A DNA stretch of 64,000 nucleotides from the human T2T-CHM13v2.0 reference genome, Homo sapiens. This document shows positions 13,253-24,745 of the stretch, one piece after another. The stretch lies in contig CP068257.2 in NCBI GenBank assembly GCA_009914755.4, positions 43,808,001-43,872,000 on the forward strand. The letters run 5' to 3'. The translations under genes and the position numbers were made by a program. Each line of letters begins with the position of its first letter. Position 1 is the first letter of the stretch. The notes below the pieces were generated by a model. That model was not told the origin of the DNA, did no database searches, and was given only the letters and a program-made list of their open reading frames with translations.

Positions 13253-13321
13253 ATGGCTCCCTACCCCTGTGGCTGCCACATCCTGCTGCTGCTCTTCTGC
13301 TGCCTGGCGGCTGCCCGGGCC
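13253..13321 (+). other. COL18A1: Signal peptide of the promoter-2 isoforms (MAPYPCGCHILLLLFCCLAAARA)
   Basis: A hydrophobic Leu/Cys-rich core is followed by an AAARA-type cleavage motif. Confidence 0.6.
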
Positions 13322-13898
13322 AACCTGCTGAACCTGAACTGGCTTTGGTTCAATAATGAGGACACCAGCCACGCAGCTACCACGATCCCTGAGCCCCAGG
13401 GGCCCCTGCCTGTGCAGCCCACAGCAGATACCACCACACACGTGACCCCCCGGAATGGTTCCACAGAGCCAGCGACAGCCCCTGGCAGCCCTGAGCCACC
13501 CTCAGAGCTGCTGGAAGATGGCCAGGACACCCCCACTTCTGCCGAGAGCCCGGACGCGCCAGAGGAGAACATTGCCGGTGTCGGAGCCGAGATCCTGAAC
13601 GTGGCCAAAGGCATCCGGAGCTTCGTCCAGCTGTGGAATGACACTGTCCCCACTGAGAGCTTGGCCAGGGCGGAAACCCTGGTCCTGGAGACTCCTGTGG
13701 GCCCCCTTGCCCTCGCTGGGCCTTCCAGCACCCCCCAGGAGAATGGGACCACTCTCTGGCCCAGCCGTGGCATTCCTAGCTCTCCGGGCGCCCACACAAC
13801 CGAGGCTGGCACCTTGCCTGCACCCACCCCATCGCCTCCCTCCCTGGGCAGGCCCTGGGCACCACTCACGGGGCCCTCAGTGCCACCACCGTCTTCAG
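13253..13898 (+). CDS. COL18A1: COL18A1 exon 3 short form: an internal 5' splice site (G|GTAGAG at 13898/13899) in the same phase as the distal donor, giving the medium isoform that lacks the Frizzled domain
   Basis: 'ccg tct tca g|gtagagc' leaves one base over (phase 1), exactly as the distal donor does. Either form joins exon 4 in frame (..PPSS-ERISEE..). It encodes 215 aa and one extra base. Confidence 0.6.
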
Positions 13899-14603
13899 GT
13901 AGAGCTTCTCTCTCCTCCTTGCTGGGCGGGGCCCCTCCCTGGGGAAGCCTGCAGGACCCAGACAGCCAAGGACTCTCGCCTGCCGCAGCCGCTCCCAGCC
14001 AGCAGCTCCAACGCCCTGACGTCCGCCTGCGCACGCCACTTCTGCACCCCCTGGTGATGGGCTCCCTGGGCAAGCACGCGGCCCCCTCCGCCTTCTCCTC
14101 TGGGCTCCCGGGCACACTGTCTCAGGTCGCAGTCACCACTTTAACCAGGGACAGCGGTGCTTGGGTCTCCCACGTGGCTAACTCTGTGGGGCCGGGTCTT
14201 GCTAATAACTCTGCCCTGCTCGGGGCTGACCCCGAGGCCCCCGCCGGTCGCTGCCTGCCCCTGCCACCCTCCCTGCCAGTCTGCGGCCACCTGGGCATCT
14301 CACGCTTCTGGCTGCCCAACCACCTCCACCACGAGAGCGGCGAGCAGGTGCGGGCCGGGGCACGGGCGTGGGGGGGCCTGCTGCAGATGCACTGCCACCC
14401 CTTCCTCGCCTGGTTCTTCTGCCTGCTGCTGGTCCCCCCATGCGGCAGCGTCCCGCCGCCCGCCCCGCCACCCTGCTGCCAGTTCTGCGAGGCCCTGCAG
14501 GATGCGTGTTGGAGCCGCCTGGGCGGGGGCCGGCTGCCCGTCGCCTGTGCCTCGCTCCCGACCCAGGAGGATGGGTACTGTGTGCTCATTGGGCCGGCTG
14601 CAG
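13253..14603 (+). CDS. COL18A1: COL18A1 exon 3, coding part, long form: signal peptide, DUF959-like region and Frizzled cysteine-rich domain. Ends in phase 1 at the donor G|GTAACT
   Basis: ATG at 13253 gives MAPYPCGCHILLLLFCCLAAARA.... The 450-codon ORF ends in ...DGYCVLIGPAA followed by g|gtaactgg at 14603/14604. That G plus the AG at the start of exon 4 (25964) makes GAG, giving the ...AAERISEEV join. Confidence 0.88.
14252..14581 (+). other. COL18A1: Frizzled-type cysteine-rich domain within exon 3
   Basis: Cys spacing C-x9-C-x36-C-x8-C-x6-C-x10-CC-x2-C-x6-C-x12-C-x10-C, with the motifs PxCxxLGxxxxxLPN and CCxFCE. Confidence 0.75.
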
Positions 14604-15952
14604 GTAACTGGCCGGCCCCGATCTCCCCACCCTTTCCTTTTTGCCTTGCCAGGTAAGTGTGGGCGGGGCTGACGTGAGCCTGGTACAGGTTCCCCCCACA
14701 TCGAATCTCTACGTTCAGGGGCCCGTGGCCCTCGGGAGGTGGGAGAGCTGGGAGTGAGGCCTCCTGTGTGGGGAGGAGGCCGGCGTCTGGACAGGAAGAG
14801 GGCTGGATGAACCGCAGCCGATGTGTCCAGGTGCCACCTGGGCCTGGAGCTCCCTGAGCATTTTAGCGCATTTAGTCCTCAGCACGGTCCCGAGATACCC
14901 TGCCATGCCCCGAGTCACAGAGGGGAAACTGAGGCGTGGGGCAGTGGCGTGACTCACCCCAGGGAGCCGAGATTCCCGCTCAGGTGTGGCTGCATCGACC
15001 TTGCTCCGGTCACTAAGCTGCACGGTTCGATGCGCTTCCTGGGAGCCCCAGCGTGCTCGGGCCAAGGGTGCTGCCGCGTGGGCAGTGCAGAGACCCTACC
15101 AGCGTGGGGACCAGGGAGGTCTGCAGGGCCCGTCCTGAGAGGGAGCCTTTCATGTCCCCCTCCCCATCCTGAAGCACACAGCCTCCCTGCCACAGTGGGG
15201 GCCGCTTCTGGGCCCAGGGGACGTTGCCCCATCACCGTGTGGCCTGGCCTTGTTGCTGGCTGGACAGTTGGGGGCAGGAAGAGGAGGGAAAGGGGGACTC
15301 TTTAACCTCCTGGGGGCAGGGGCAGCCCAGAAAGGACCCCAGCAGATCCCTCCTCTGTGTCCGGGAGTAGACGGGGCCCCTGAGCTGTGCCTGCCCCATT
15401 CAGATTCTGCTTGCTATGTGCACCTGGCAGCCTTGGCCCAGAGGCCCTATCCCCGCAGGGTGAGGTGCTCTGTCCTCCTCTGCTGTCCTCCCCATAGTGC
15501 CGAGGGGAAGCAGCCTTGCTGTTTGCTCTTTGGGCTTTGGGACAGGGTTGGTGGGGGTTAGCAGCTGTGCCGGACCTGGAGGTGGGGGTGCCTGCAGTGG
15601 AAATTCTGGTGGACGCCCACCCACCAGGCTCCGTGAGGGATGACGAGCTTGGTGATTCCCCTTGAGTTTCAGGCCAGTGACCGTTTCTCTCAGCAAAGCC
15701 CAGAGCCTCTGCAGACCCTGTGTGGGGCCTGGGGAGTGGCCGGGGGGCCACAGACAGGGCAGGGACAAGTGCTGACAACAGGTGGTCCCAGGAGTAAAGC
15801 CCACGTGGGCTGGAATGGAGGGGCAGGGAGGGAGGGAGGGAGGGAGGGCTGCAGCGGGGCCTGGCTGAGCCTGAGGGGGGCACAGGAACTGCGCTGGGGG
15901 GGCCTGGTGTGTGCAGGAGTGGGGGCCCTTGTGGATGCGCCCCAGAAGCATA

Positions 15953-16165
15953 GGGCTGGAGCTCTCCGAGGCAGGGGCCGTGCCCGCGGCTGTTGGCATC
16001 TCGTAGGGCTGGAGCTCTCCCAGGCAGGGACCGTGCCCACGGCTGTTGGCATCTCGTAGGGCTGGAGCTCTCTGAGGCAGGGGCCGTGCCCACGGCTGTT
16101 GGCATCTCATAGGGCTGGAGCTCTCTGAGGCAGGGGCTGTGCCCGCGAATGTTGGCATCTCAGGG
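15953..16165. repeat. Tandem repeat, 53-bp unit x 4 (ggctggagctctccgaggcaggggccgtgcccgcggctgttggcatctcgtag)
   Basis: The anchor 'tagggctgga' recurs every 53 bp. Confidence 0.85.
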
Positions 16166-17777
16166 CTTAGATGTCACCCCCAGGGCAGCTGGCACTGCCA
16201 CAAGCAGCCAGATTCCTGGGTCCCACTCATCCTCCGTCCCTGGAACACCCAAATGCCCAGCAAGCACCAGCCGCCTTGCAGGCAACCCCCCCGGAGCCAC
16301 ACCCCACCTGGCTACTGTTCCCCACCAAGCATGTGGGTAGGGCAGCCTTGCAGGAGCCGTACTGACTGGAGGGACCCGGGTCCGGTGTCCTGGAGCCCCG
16401 GGAGGCTCCAGCACAGCCCACCTTGTCCTCCACTGCAAGCCCACGGAGGCAGACAGGACAGCGGTGGGCTGGGAGGGCTGCAGCCTGTGGGAGGGGAAAC
16501 GCCAGGCCTGCACACCTGACCCTGCCCTAGCCCTGCCAGCCCGAGACTGTCTGGGATCAGCTGAGCACTGTGAGCAAGCTTCAGCCTCAGGGAAGGTGCC
16601 GGTCTCCTGGGAGTTGGGGCACAGCTGCATGGCTTGGGGGCTGGGGTCCGAGTGGGGCTGTGAGGGCGAGGAATTTCTGCAACTGCAGCTGGCCCGGTCG
16701 GTGGCACAGCCTGATGGGGACTTTTCACTGAACATCTGGACAGCTTGGTAGCGTCCCCGTGCGAGGGAGGCCGTGTCCCGTGCAGGGTCCTGGGGGACTC
16801 CATCAGCGTTCCTGGCCTGCATTGCCTCTGGCCAGGGGTGGGCCTCAAGCTTTATCAAGGAGCCCCTTCCCAGGTGTGGCCTGGCCGGGAGGGTCCTGCC
16901 CCCTCTTCTGGCCTCTCAGCTCCTCCCCAGCCCAGGCTCCTCTTGGGTTAGCCCCAACTCCTGCCGGACCCCTATGTTGGGCTGGACACTCCCAGCCCTG
17001 GGTGAGGGGCAGGAGGAGGAGGGGGAGCCCAGCCTGACCCCTCGGGCAGACTTCGAGGCCCCGAAAGTGGGGGTGCTGGGCTGTGATCCGGGCACCAGAA
17101 CAGAGCCCTCGAGGCCCACAGAGGTCCCTGGCTGCATCTCCAGGGATCAGGGAGTATGTGCCCCTGAGGGGAGGGGAGCTGGAGGGGTCCTGCTGCCTCC
17201 TGCCCGGCTCCATCTCCAGCGCCCCCTCCACCTCGTCCTGGGCACTGCCCTGTGTGTCCACCCCGCCGGCCCACCTCGAGGAGAGTGTGGGGGACAGTGC
17301 AGCCGTGCTGGGGCGTGGGGGGCGCTCAAAGGGAGGGTGAACCCTGTGGTCAGCACACAAGCAGGGACCCTGTGGAGGGTTTTGCTGTGTTGTGGGCTTG
17401 TCCCTCAGGTCCACGAGGAAGGGAGTGAGGCCCCCTCACACGGGAGGGCCGGGGTGGGGTAGGGAGGCTCCCTTGCTGCAGCTGCCAAGAGTGAGGGAGC
17501 GGGGCTTGGGCTTGGGCTGCCCGGGACACTGCCTCCAGGAAGCCCCCTGGGCTGTCTCAGTGGGACTCTGTGAGTGACACATGGAGCTCAGGTCACAAGG
17601 GCTGTGGGAGTGTCACCCCACAACAGCAACGGGTGCCTGGCCCTCTGGACTTTGCTCTCTACACCCCTCCTGAGCTCTCACAAACCCTGGCCCCTGGGAC
17701 CGGAGGCAGGTGATGTTTCCAAGGAGTCCTACAGGCAAGCATCCTCTGACCTGGGAGCTGCGTATTGTTCCCGTTTA

Positions 17778-18075
17778 CAGGTGAGAAACTGAGGCCTAGG
17801 AAGGACAGACACGTGTGCGTGCCGCAAGTGTGGCTAGCAAGGAGGGAGCCTGGAGGAGGGCCCAGCAGCCTGGCCCCAGAGCGCTCTTCAGCATCGCAGC
17901 AGATGCAGGACAAGCAAGCTCCCAGCCGGGGAGCACCAGGAGACCAGCAGGCATCCACCCTCGTGGTGCAGGCCATCTGATGAGGGCAGGGACCAGTGCC
18001 GGGATGGATAGTGCCTGTGCACAGAGTGGGGCGCAACTGGGCACAGCTGCCACCGGGGTGCTCGGGAGGCAGGTC
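17778..18075 (+). repeat. ~300-bp interspersed-repeat segment, possibly an old L1 3' terminus; inverted homolog of 19090-19385
   Basis: The reverse complement of 19100-19385 aligns to 17778-18070 at about 80-85% identity (ctgaggcctaggaaggacagacacgtgtgcgtgccgcaagtgtggctagcaagg...). The ORF-track proteins 17659..18102(-) and 19004..19387(+) are visibly homologous. Confidence 0.65.
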
Positions 18076-18964
18076 CACACACACGCCGGCCAAGTCGCTC
18101 ATCTCAAATGCACGAGTCCCGTGATCTTGGAAAGTGGTGCACAGGCCCCTGGGCTGGGGCTTCCTCTGCCTCCACCCCCATCACTGGACATTCGGAGGTC
18201 AGTGGGAGGCCACGGGAGTGCACGTGAAGGTCATGTCACCATGATGGCCCCGAGGGGCTGCTCCTTCATCGCTCCTCCCTACCCCATGGGCCAGCCACTG
18301 GCACACAGGTGTCCTTATATGGTGCTTACCTCTTGCTCCTTTAGTCAAATGCAGAATTTGAGAAAATGTCCCTTCTCCTTAAAATGCTTTGATTTGTTTG
18401 ATGTTTCCATGTAACTTTGGTTTAAGAAGGGAGAAGACCACTCTGGGAAATAACTCATGCTTATCTCTCACCGCTTGGCAACCTACAAATATTTTTTCGA
18501 TGATGCTGGCTAAGCTTCTCGTAAATTCTCCATGCCTCTTAGATGCACCAAGAGTGACTCAGCATTTAACTCCTACTGGAGTGTCAAGGGCCCAGTGCAT
18601 TGGGTGCAGTTGTCTGTGGGTACAAGATCTTGTGTGATTCTGAACTAAGCACAGACAGAATGAAAAGCACAGCACTCCAAACAGGGCTTCCTGCAGGTCC
18701 TTTTACGTATATTTGGGTTTTTGTATATATCTAAGGTCAAGCTAGTGGACATCTATCACTTCAACCAGTTACCGTTGTGAGTGTGGTGAGAAAACTTAAG
18801 ATCTACTCAAGTTTGAAGTGCCATATGCGATACAGTATTCTAGCTGTAATCACCATGTGTACATTAGACCTCTAGAACTTACTTTTCCTGCATAACTGAA
18901 ACTTTGTACCCTTCGACCAACAGTCACATTTCCTCTTCTCTGTGGGCTGGCCTCGGCTGTGCCC

Positions 18965-19085
18965 TGTTAGCATTCCCAGATAAACAAAAGCTAAGGGGGT
19001 TAATTGCCACTAGACCTTCCCTGCAGGAAATGGTCCAGTAGTCCAACAGGCGAAATGAAAGGACACTACTCAGTAACAGTAAGTC
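18965..19085 (-). repeat. Left arm of a ~120-bp inverted repeat, paired with 19609-19726
   Basis: The reverse complement of 18965-19085 (gacttactgttactgagtagtgtcctttcatttcgcctgttggactactggaccatttcctgcagggaaggtctagtggcaattaacc..) matches 19609-19726. Confidence 0.7.
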
Positions 19086-19089
19086 AAGG

Positions 19090-19385
19090 AGGCCCCCGTT
19101 GCCTATGCACAGAGTGGGGTGGCAGCTGTGCCCCATTGCACCCCACTCTGTGCATGGGCACCGTCCATCCGGCACCAGTCCCTACCCCTTATCAGATGGC
19201 CTGCACCATTAGGGTGGACACCTGCTGGTCTCCTGGTGCCCCCCTGCAGGGCTCTTCCTTGTCCTGCATCTGCTGCAATGCTGAAGAGCAGTCTGGAGCC
19301 AGGCTGCTGGGCCCCCCTCGAGGCTTCCTTGCTAGCCACATCTGTGGCACACACGCATATTTGTCCTTCCTAGACCTCAGCCCCT
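19090..19385 (-). repeat. Inverted copy of the 17778-18075 repeat, contiguous with antisense L1-like sequence
   Basis: See the 17778-18075 entry. It ends in 'cagcccctgacaacc', which resembles the L1 3' UTR motif ccagcccctggcaacc in antisense. Confidence 0.65.
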
Positions 19386-20660
19386 GACAACCACCATTCT
19401 ACTCTGCTCCTATGAATGTGACTTTTTTAGATCCCACATGTGAGATCATGCAGTATTTGCTTCTATGCCTGCCTTATTTCCTTTAGTTTAATATCCTCCA
19501 GGTTCATTCATAAAAAGTGCAGTTACAAACTGTTGTTGCAATACCAGCTTTTATAATTGCCCATGTATTTACCTTTATTGAGATCTTCATTTCTTCATGT
19601 GACTTACTGTTATTGACTAGTGTCCTTTCATTTTACCTGCTGGACTCCCTGGACCATTTTCTGCAGGGCAGGTCTAGTGGCAATTAACTCCCTTAGCTTT
19701 TGTTTATCTGGGAATGCCAATTTCTCCCTCACTTTTGAAGGACAGTTTTACTGGATATAGGACTCTTGGTTAACAGTTTTTTTTTTCTTTTAGTACATTG
19801 AATATATTGGTCCACTGCCTTTTGGCTTCCAAAGTTTCTGTGACAAATCTGCTGATAATCTTATTAAGAAGCCCTTGGATGTGATCAGTTGCTTTTCTCT
19901 TGCTGCTTTCCAGATTCTCTCTCTGTTTTTGAAAGTTTGATGATAATGTAACTTGGTGTGAGTCTCTTTGAGTTTACCTTACTTGGAGTTCCCTGAGCTC
20001 TTAACTGTTTATATTCATGTCTCCCAACAAATTTGAGAAGCTTTCAGCCATTATTTCTTCAGATAGTCTCTCTGCACCTTTCTTTTTCTCTTCTGTTTGC
20101 AGCTTCCACGGCATGCATGCTTCCTTGTCTCTTGATGGTGGCCACAAGCCCCTTAGGCTCTTTTCACCTTTCTTTCATCTTTTGTCTTTGAAAATTTCCA
20201 TTATCTTATCTTCAAGCTCATTAATTTATTCTTTTGTCTGCTCAAATCACCTTCAGATTCCTCTAGTGATGTTTTCAATTTCAGCTATTGTACTTTTCAG
20301 TTCTGTAATTTCTTTCTGGTTTCTTTCAAGGTTTTTATATTGATATTTCCATGTTGTTCATACATCACTTTCTTGACTTTCTCCACACCTTCCTGTAGTT
20401 CTTTGAGCATCTTTAAGACAGTCATTTTAAAGTCTTTGTCTAGTAGATCTGCCATCAGGTCTTTTGCAGAGACAGCTTCTGTTAATTTATTTTTCTCCTT
20501 TGAATGTGCTATATTTTCTTATTGCTTTGTGTGCCTTGTGATTTTGTGTTAAAAAGTGAACATTTGAACTCAGTAATGTGGCTCTTGAATTTTGCCCTTC
20601 ACCAGCGTTCGCTTTTTTTTGTTACTTTTTAAAAAATGTTTTGTGTCTGTGCCAGAAATC
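19385..20660 (-). mobile_element. Old L1 (L1M-like) 3' region, antisense
   Basis: 'caaccaccattctactctgctcctatgaatgtgacttttttagatcccacatgtgagatcatgcagtatttg..' and later 'cttttgaaggacagttttactggatataggactcttggttaacagtttttttt' match antisense L1 3' UTR/ORF2-end consensus motifs. The match is diverged. Confidence 0.6.
19609..19726 (+). repeat. Right arm of the ~120-bp inverted repeat, paired with 18965-19085
   Basis: See the 18965-19085 entry. Confidence 0.7.
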
Positions 20661-21337
20661 TCCCTTAGGTGTGAACTTCAGGTCTTCTCAGGTCTTTTCT
20701 GAGCCTGTCCCTTTCCCTGGGTGTGTGCAGCCACTTTCTAATTTTCCTCTTACATGCTGCTGTTTTTCAATGTCCCGTTCTTTCATGTTTGGCTCCCAAA
20801 GGAGGAATAAGATAAAAATGAGGGAGAAAAAACAGTGCCAGCCCTCTAAATCCCCTTCAAGTCACTTCAGCTGGAAGGGGCAGCTTGCAACAACAGAGGG
20901 AGTGTAAAACAATGGCCCCACCTCCCTGTCTGCACATCTGTGATCCCAGGCAACCTGATCAGAGCACAGGTTCTCGATGTCTGCAGGACAGGGTCCTTTT
21001 TGCCGTCCTGTTTCCCACAAGCTGTGTGGCTGCTGCTCCAGGAACTCGTGCATGGCACCTGCTATGGGAATGGGGGTGGAGGATGGATGTGTGGCTGCTA
21101 TTGTGCCAAGAGCTGGGGTTTAGCTAAATTAACCACCCGTTACCGTCCAAGCCTTCCTGTGGACATTGCAAGCTTTCAGTAGACTCCAGAGTTCCAAAAG
21201 AGTTCTAAGACAAATTCTGCCCATGCACTTGTTAATTAGTTGGGGAGATGGATTCCTGGCGCTTTCCATCTGCCATTTACCAGAGTACTCCAGAATCATT
21301 TTCAAACACGTTTCTTTCTGTCAAGAAATCAAGTCTT

Positions 21338-21644
<307 letters not shown>

Positions 21645-22214
21645 TCAAGTCTTGAGGCATCATCATTGTTATATCATGTGCAGGTGTCTAGCCTGGATGC
21701 CACCCAGCTATGCCAAATGCGGGGAGAAACTCCCTATGGGCACTGTGGCTGGGTCCAGAGCTCAGAGGCTGGAGCTTTGAGAACTGGGCTGGAGCCAAAC
21801 CATGATGGAAGCCTCTAGCTCTCAGGAAGAGACACACATCTGCGGGGGCAGAGTGACCACATTTCCAGGTTGCCCAGCCCTCGGGAGTAGCACAGTGCCC
21901 AGGCACTGGGGCAGAGGTGGATCCCGTAGTCCCTCGGTGGGAGCTCCAAAGCCTCCCGTTTTCATCTCTTCCTCTTCCCAGGATGGGATTTTGGGGATGA
22001 GATCTTCCTGGTGGGCTGGAGTCTGTCCCAGAAGTCAACAGCCCAACCTGGGGCCAAAAAAGACCCTCTTAGATAAGGCAGGCCCTCGGCAAGACTCCAG
22101 CCACACATGAGAGGGTGGAACAGAGCTCCTGAGTCCCACTAACCACGGCCACCTGCAGTGGTCAGGTGGGGGCACCGTGTCCATCCCCCCATGGGTTTGT
22201 GCCAATTTGCATAT

Positions 22215-22640
22215 AGGTATGTAGCTTCCTATTGGCGACTGTAAGAAATTGCCACAAATTCAGTGGCTTAAACCAACACAGCTGTCTTACCTTTCAGTTT
22301 TGGAGGTCAGAGTCTGAAACCAGTTCACTGGGCTGAAACCAAGGTGTTGTCAGGGCTGGGTCCCTCTGGGACTCTGGAGGAGAATCTGTTTTCTTGACTT
22401 TTCCAGCCTCTAGAGGCTGCCGCTTCCCTTCGCTCAAAGCCCCTTCTTCCCCCTTCAAAGCCAACGGTGTTGGACAAGTCCTCATGGTGCCATCTTTTGT
22501 CCTTCGATTTTAAGGCTTTGTGTGGTTAGATGTGGATCATCTCCCATCTCCAGGTCCACAGCCTGAGTCCCAGCTGCAGCATCCCCTTGCCACGTAAAAT
22601 TACGCTTGTGGGTTCCAGCTGTTGTGCCGTGGACATCCTT
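22215..22640. mobile_element. Ancient interspersed repeat (the widely distributed 'cagtggcttaaaccaacac..ttctggaggtcagagtctgaaa..gggctgaaa(c/t)caaggtgttg' family). Family name not resolved
   Basis: This motif series is common in mammalian genomes. I cannot assign it to a named family from memory. Confidence 0.4.
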
Positions 22641-24169
22641 GGGGCCATGGCTCTGCCCACCACAGTTTGTCCATGTGCACGGCTGCACATGTGTACATAT
22701 GCATGGGAGTCTTACTTTGCATTAATGGGATTGCCCTGTGTCTGAAAGTTCCTCTTTCCTTTATCCTGCATCTCAGGAGTCTCCATAACTCCAGGGAGAT
22801 GCTCTGCTCTTCGTGTTGTTCTGGTCTTTTCCTCAGCCCTTCCTGACTGAAGCACTCGCAGGTATTTCTGCTTCTCTGTATAACAGATGACCCTGCAGAC
22901 ACCTGCTCAGCCCCGACTGGCGGGTTCATCGCACAGCCTCGCCTTTGTTTATCAGACACCAGCTGAGCCACCCCACCTGTGCCTGGCGTGGGTTTTGGGT
23001 CAGCGCTGACGGTGGAGAGATTGAATGTTGTAAACGTGTCCGAGTGTCAACAGGAAGTCTCCACCCGGGGACAGGGGCCCGTTTCTTAGGTTGTTTTTAG
23101 CCTTCCGTGGGGGCTCTGCAGCCTTGGGATTTGGTGGAGGTGTTTGTTCTGAGGCCGTTTTTCTTTGATGCCAAGATGTCCCCCCGGGCACTTCACTGCG
23201 TAAGTGCTATGGTGTGATGGAGTGATGATGGTGGCGCACTCTTCAAGCTCTGGATCAGGTTCCGGAAGCTCTGTGTGAGTCTTACTGAGGTGGTTATTTT
23301 CTCTTTTCCCTGGAAAGTGGGCTGAGAGCACTCCATGTGGGCACGAGCGGCCCTGGCTCTGCAGGACTGGAGGGGGCTGTGCTGGAGGGCGGGGGGCTGG
23401 CCAGGCAGCCTTGGATCTTGTCCTCAGGAGCCCTTCAAAGGGGCAGCAGAGACTCCAGGCCCTGTGCCCCGAGGAGTCAGGCTGGGCTGGTTCTGGGGAG
23501 TGTCTGGAGCACCTGATGCTGAGCACAGGCGGGCGTCCGTGGAGTGCACGTGTCTGAGGGTCTCTGAGGGGTTTGCCCTTTTCTTCGGAGCCACGGTGGC
23601 CGTGAGGGATGCAGGACATTGGGTGTGGCCCTCGAGGACTGGCCTGTCTGGAGCCCACTCCCCCGTGGGTGAACGCGGCTCTTGGTGGAGAGCCCAGTTT
23701 GGGGAGAAGGGACGGTCTTGTCCTGGGAGGTGTCAGACAAAGCCGAGCATGGGACTCACAGGAGACCCCCAGTCAGGCCGTGTCAGGGTGAGGCTGGGAG
23801 TGAGGGTCCTGGAAAGTCCGGCTTCTGGGAGAGGGCGCTTTGGCTCAGAGGCTGCCACTGCAGAAGGGATGGACGTCCCCGGTCCCCTAAGATAAGGGAC
23901 CCAAGGGGAGGGGCGGGGACGTTCCACACTGGTGTGAGAACAGCGGAGAGTCCCAGCCAGAGGTACCCGCTGCTCTCCTGCGGGGAGGATGCTGGCTGCA
24001 CTGTCTGTCCTGGGCATATTTAAAGGGGCCTCTGTTAACACACACAGGCCTCCAGAACCATCCACACTTCTGGCTGGCCTGATTCCTGAGGGGGAAATGG
24101 TCTTTAAAGAAGCAAGCACCTTGATCCAAAGGGAGGTGGTCCAGCAGGAGGGGCCGCCCCACCATACCC

Positions 24170-24236
24170 AGGAAGGTTGAGCTCTCGCACCCGGGAAGGC
24201 TGAGCTCTCGCACCCGGGAAGGCTGAGCTCTCGAAA
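24170..24236. repeat. Tandem repeat, 22-bp unit x 3 (ccgggaaggctgagctctcgca)
   Basis: Direct reading. Confidence 0.85.
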
Positions 24237-24654
24237 TGGGGTTCAGGCATTTGCTGTTTGATTCCAGGACATCTGAGACAGCTGGGCCTGTACCTCGGGG
24301 AGTGGAGGCTGCGCCATTCTCTGCCCATCCAGCATCTTAGGGCCGGGCATTTGGAAGCTGGCTTCTGAAGGGAGCCCCCAGGAGCTTCGTGGAGAGGAGA
24401 CGGGACAGCTTTGGAAAGGGCGTTGCTGTCACTGGGGTCCCTGGGGCCGCCGGTGTAGCGTGCTGGTACCCTCCAGCCCAGGAAGGTGGCAGCTGCCGCA
24501 TCTTGCTTTCCCAATGACGGAATGTTCTAGGAAGGGTGGTGGGAGGTTTCTCCAAGGTGAACGCGGGGGCAGCTGGGTGGCTGGCACGGCCTCTGGCCCC
24601 CAGGCCGAGTCCTGTTTCCTGATCTTATCACAGCCCCAGCTTGGACATGTGGGA

Positions 24655-24745
24655 CCAGGCACTTCTTATGAGAAAAAGGATCATTGTAACAGCTGCCATC
24701 TGGATGGACGATCATTGTAACAGCTGCCATCTGGGTGGACGGCGG
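24655..24745. repeat. Tandem duplication of ~31 bp (atcattgtaacagctgccatctgg(a/g)tggacg)
   Basis: Direct reading. Confidence 0.8.

Noticed and set aside
12455-13441. 328-aa minus-strand ORF antisense to the promoter-2 / exon-3 start region
   Set aside because: A GC-rich chance ORF. It overlaps the real COL18A1 start codon region on the opposite strand and has Pro/Gly/Ala/Ser composition bias.
15302-16858. Minus-strand ORFs of 232-267 aa (Pro/Ala/Ser/Gly-rich)
   Set aside because: They are GC-rich chance ORFs partly generated by the 53-bp x 4 tandem repeat. They have no conservation signal or splice structure.
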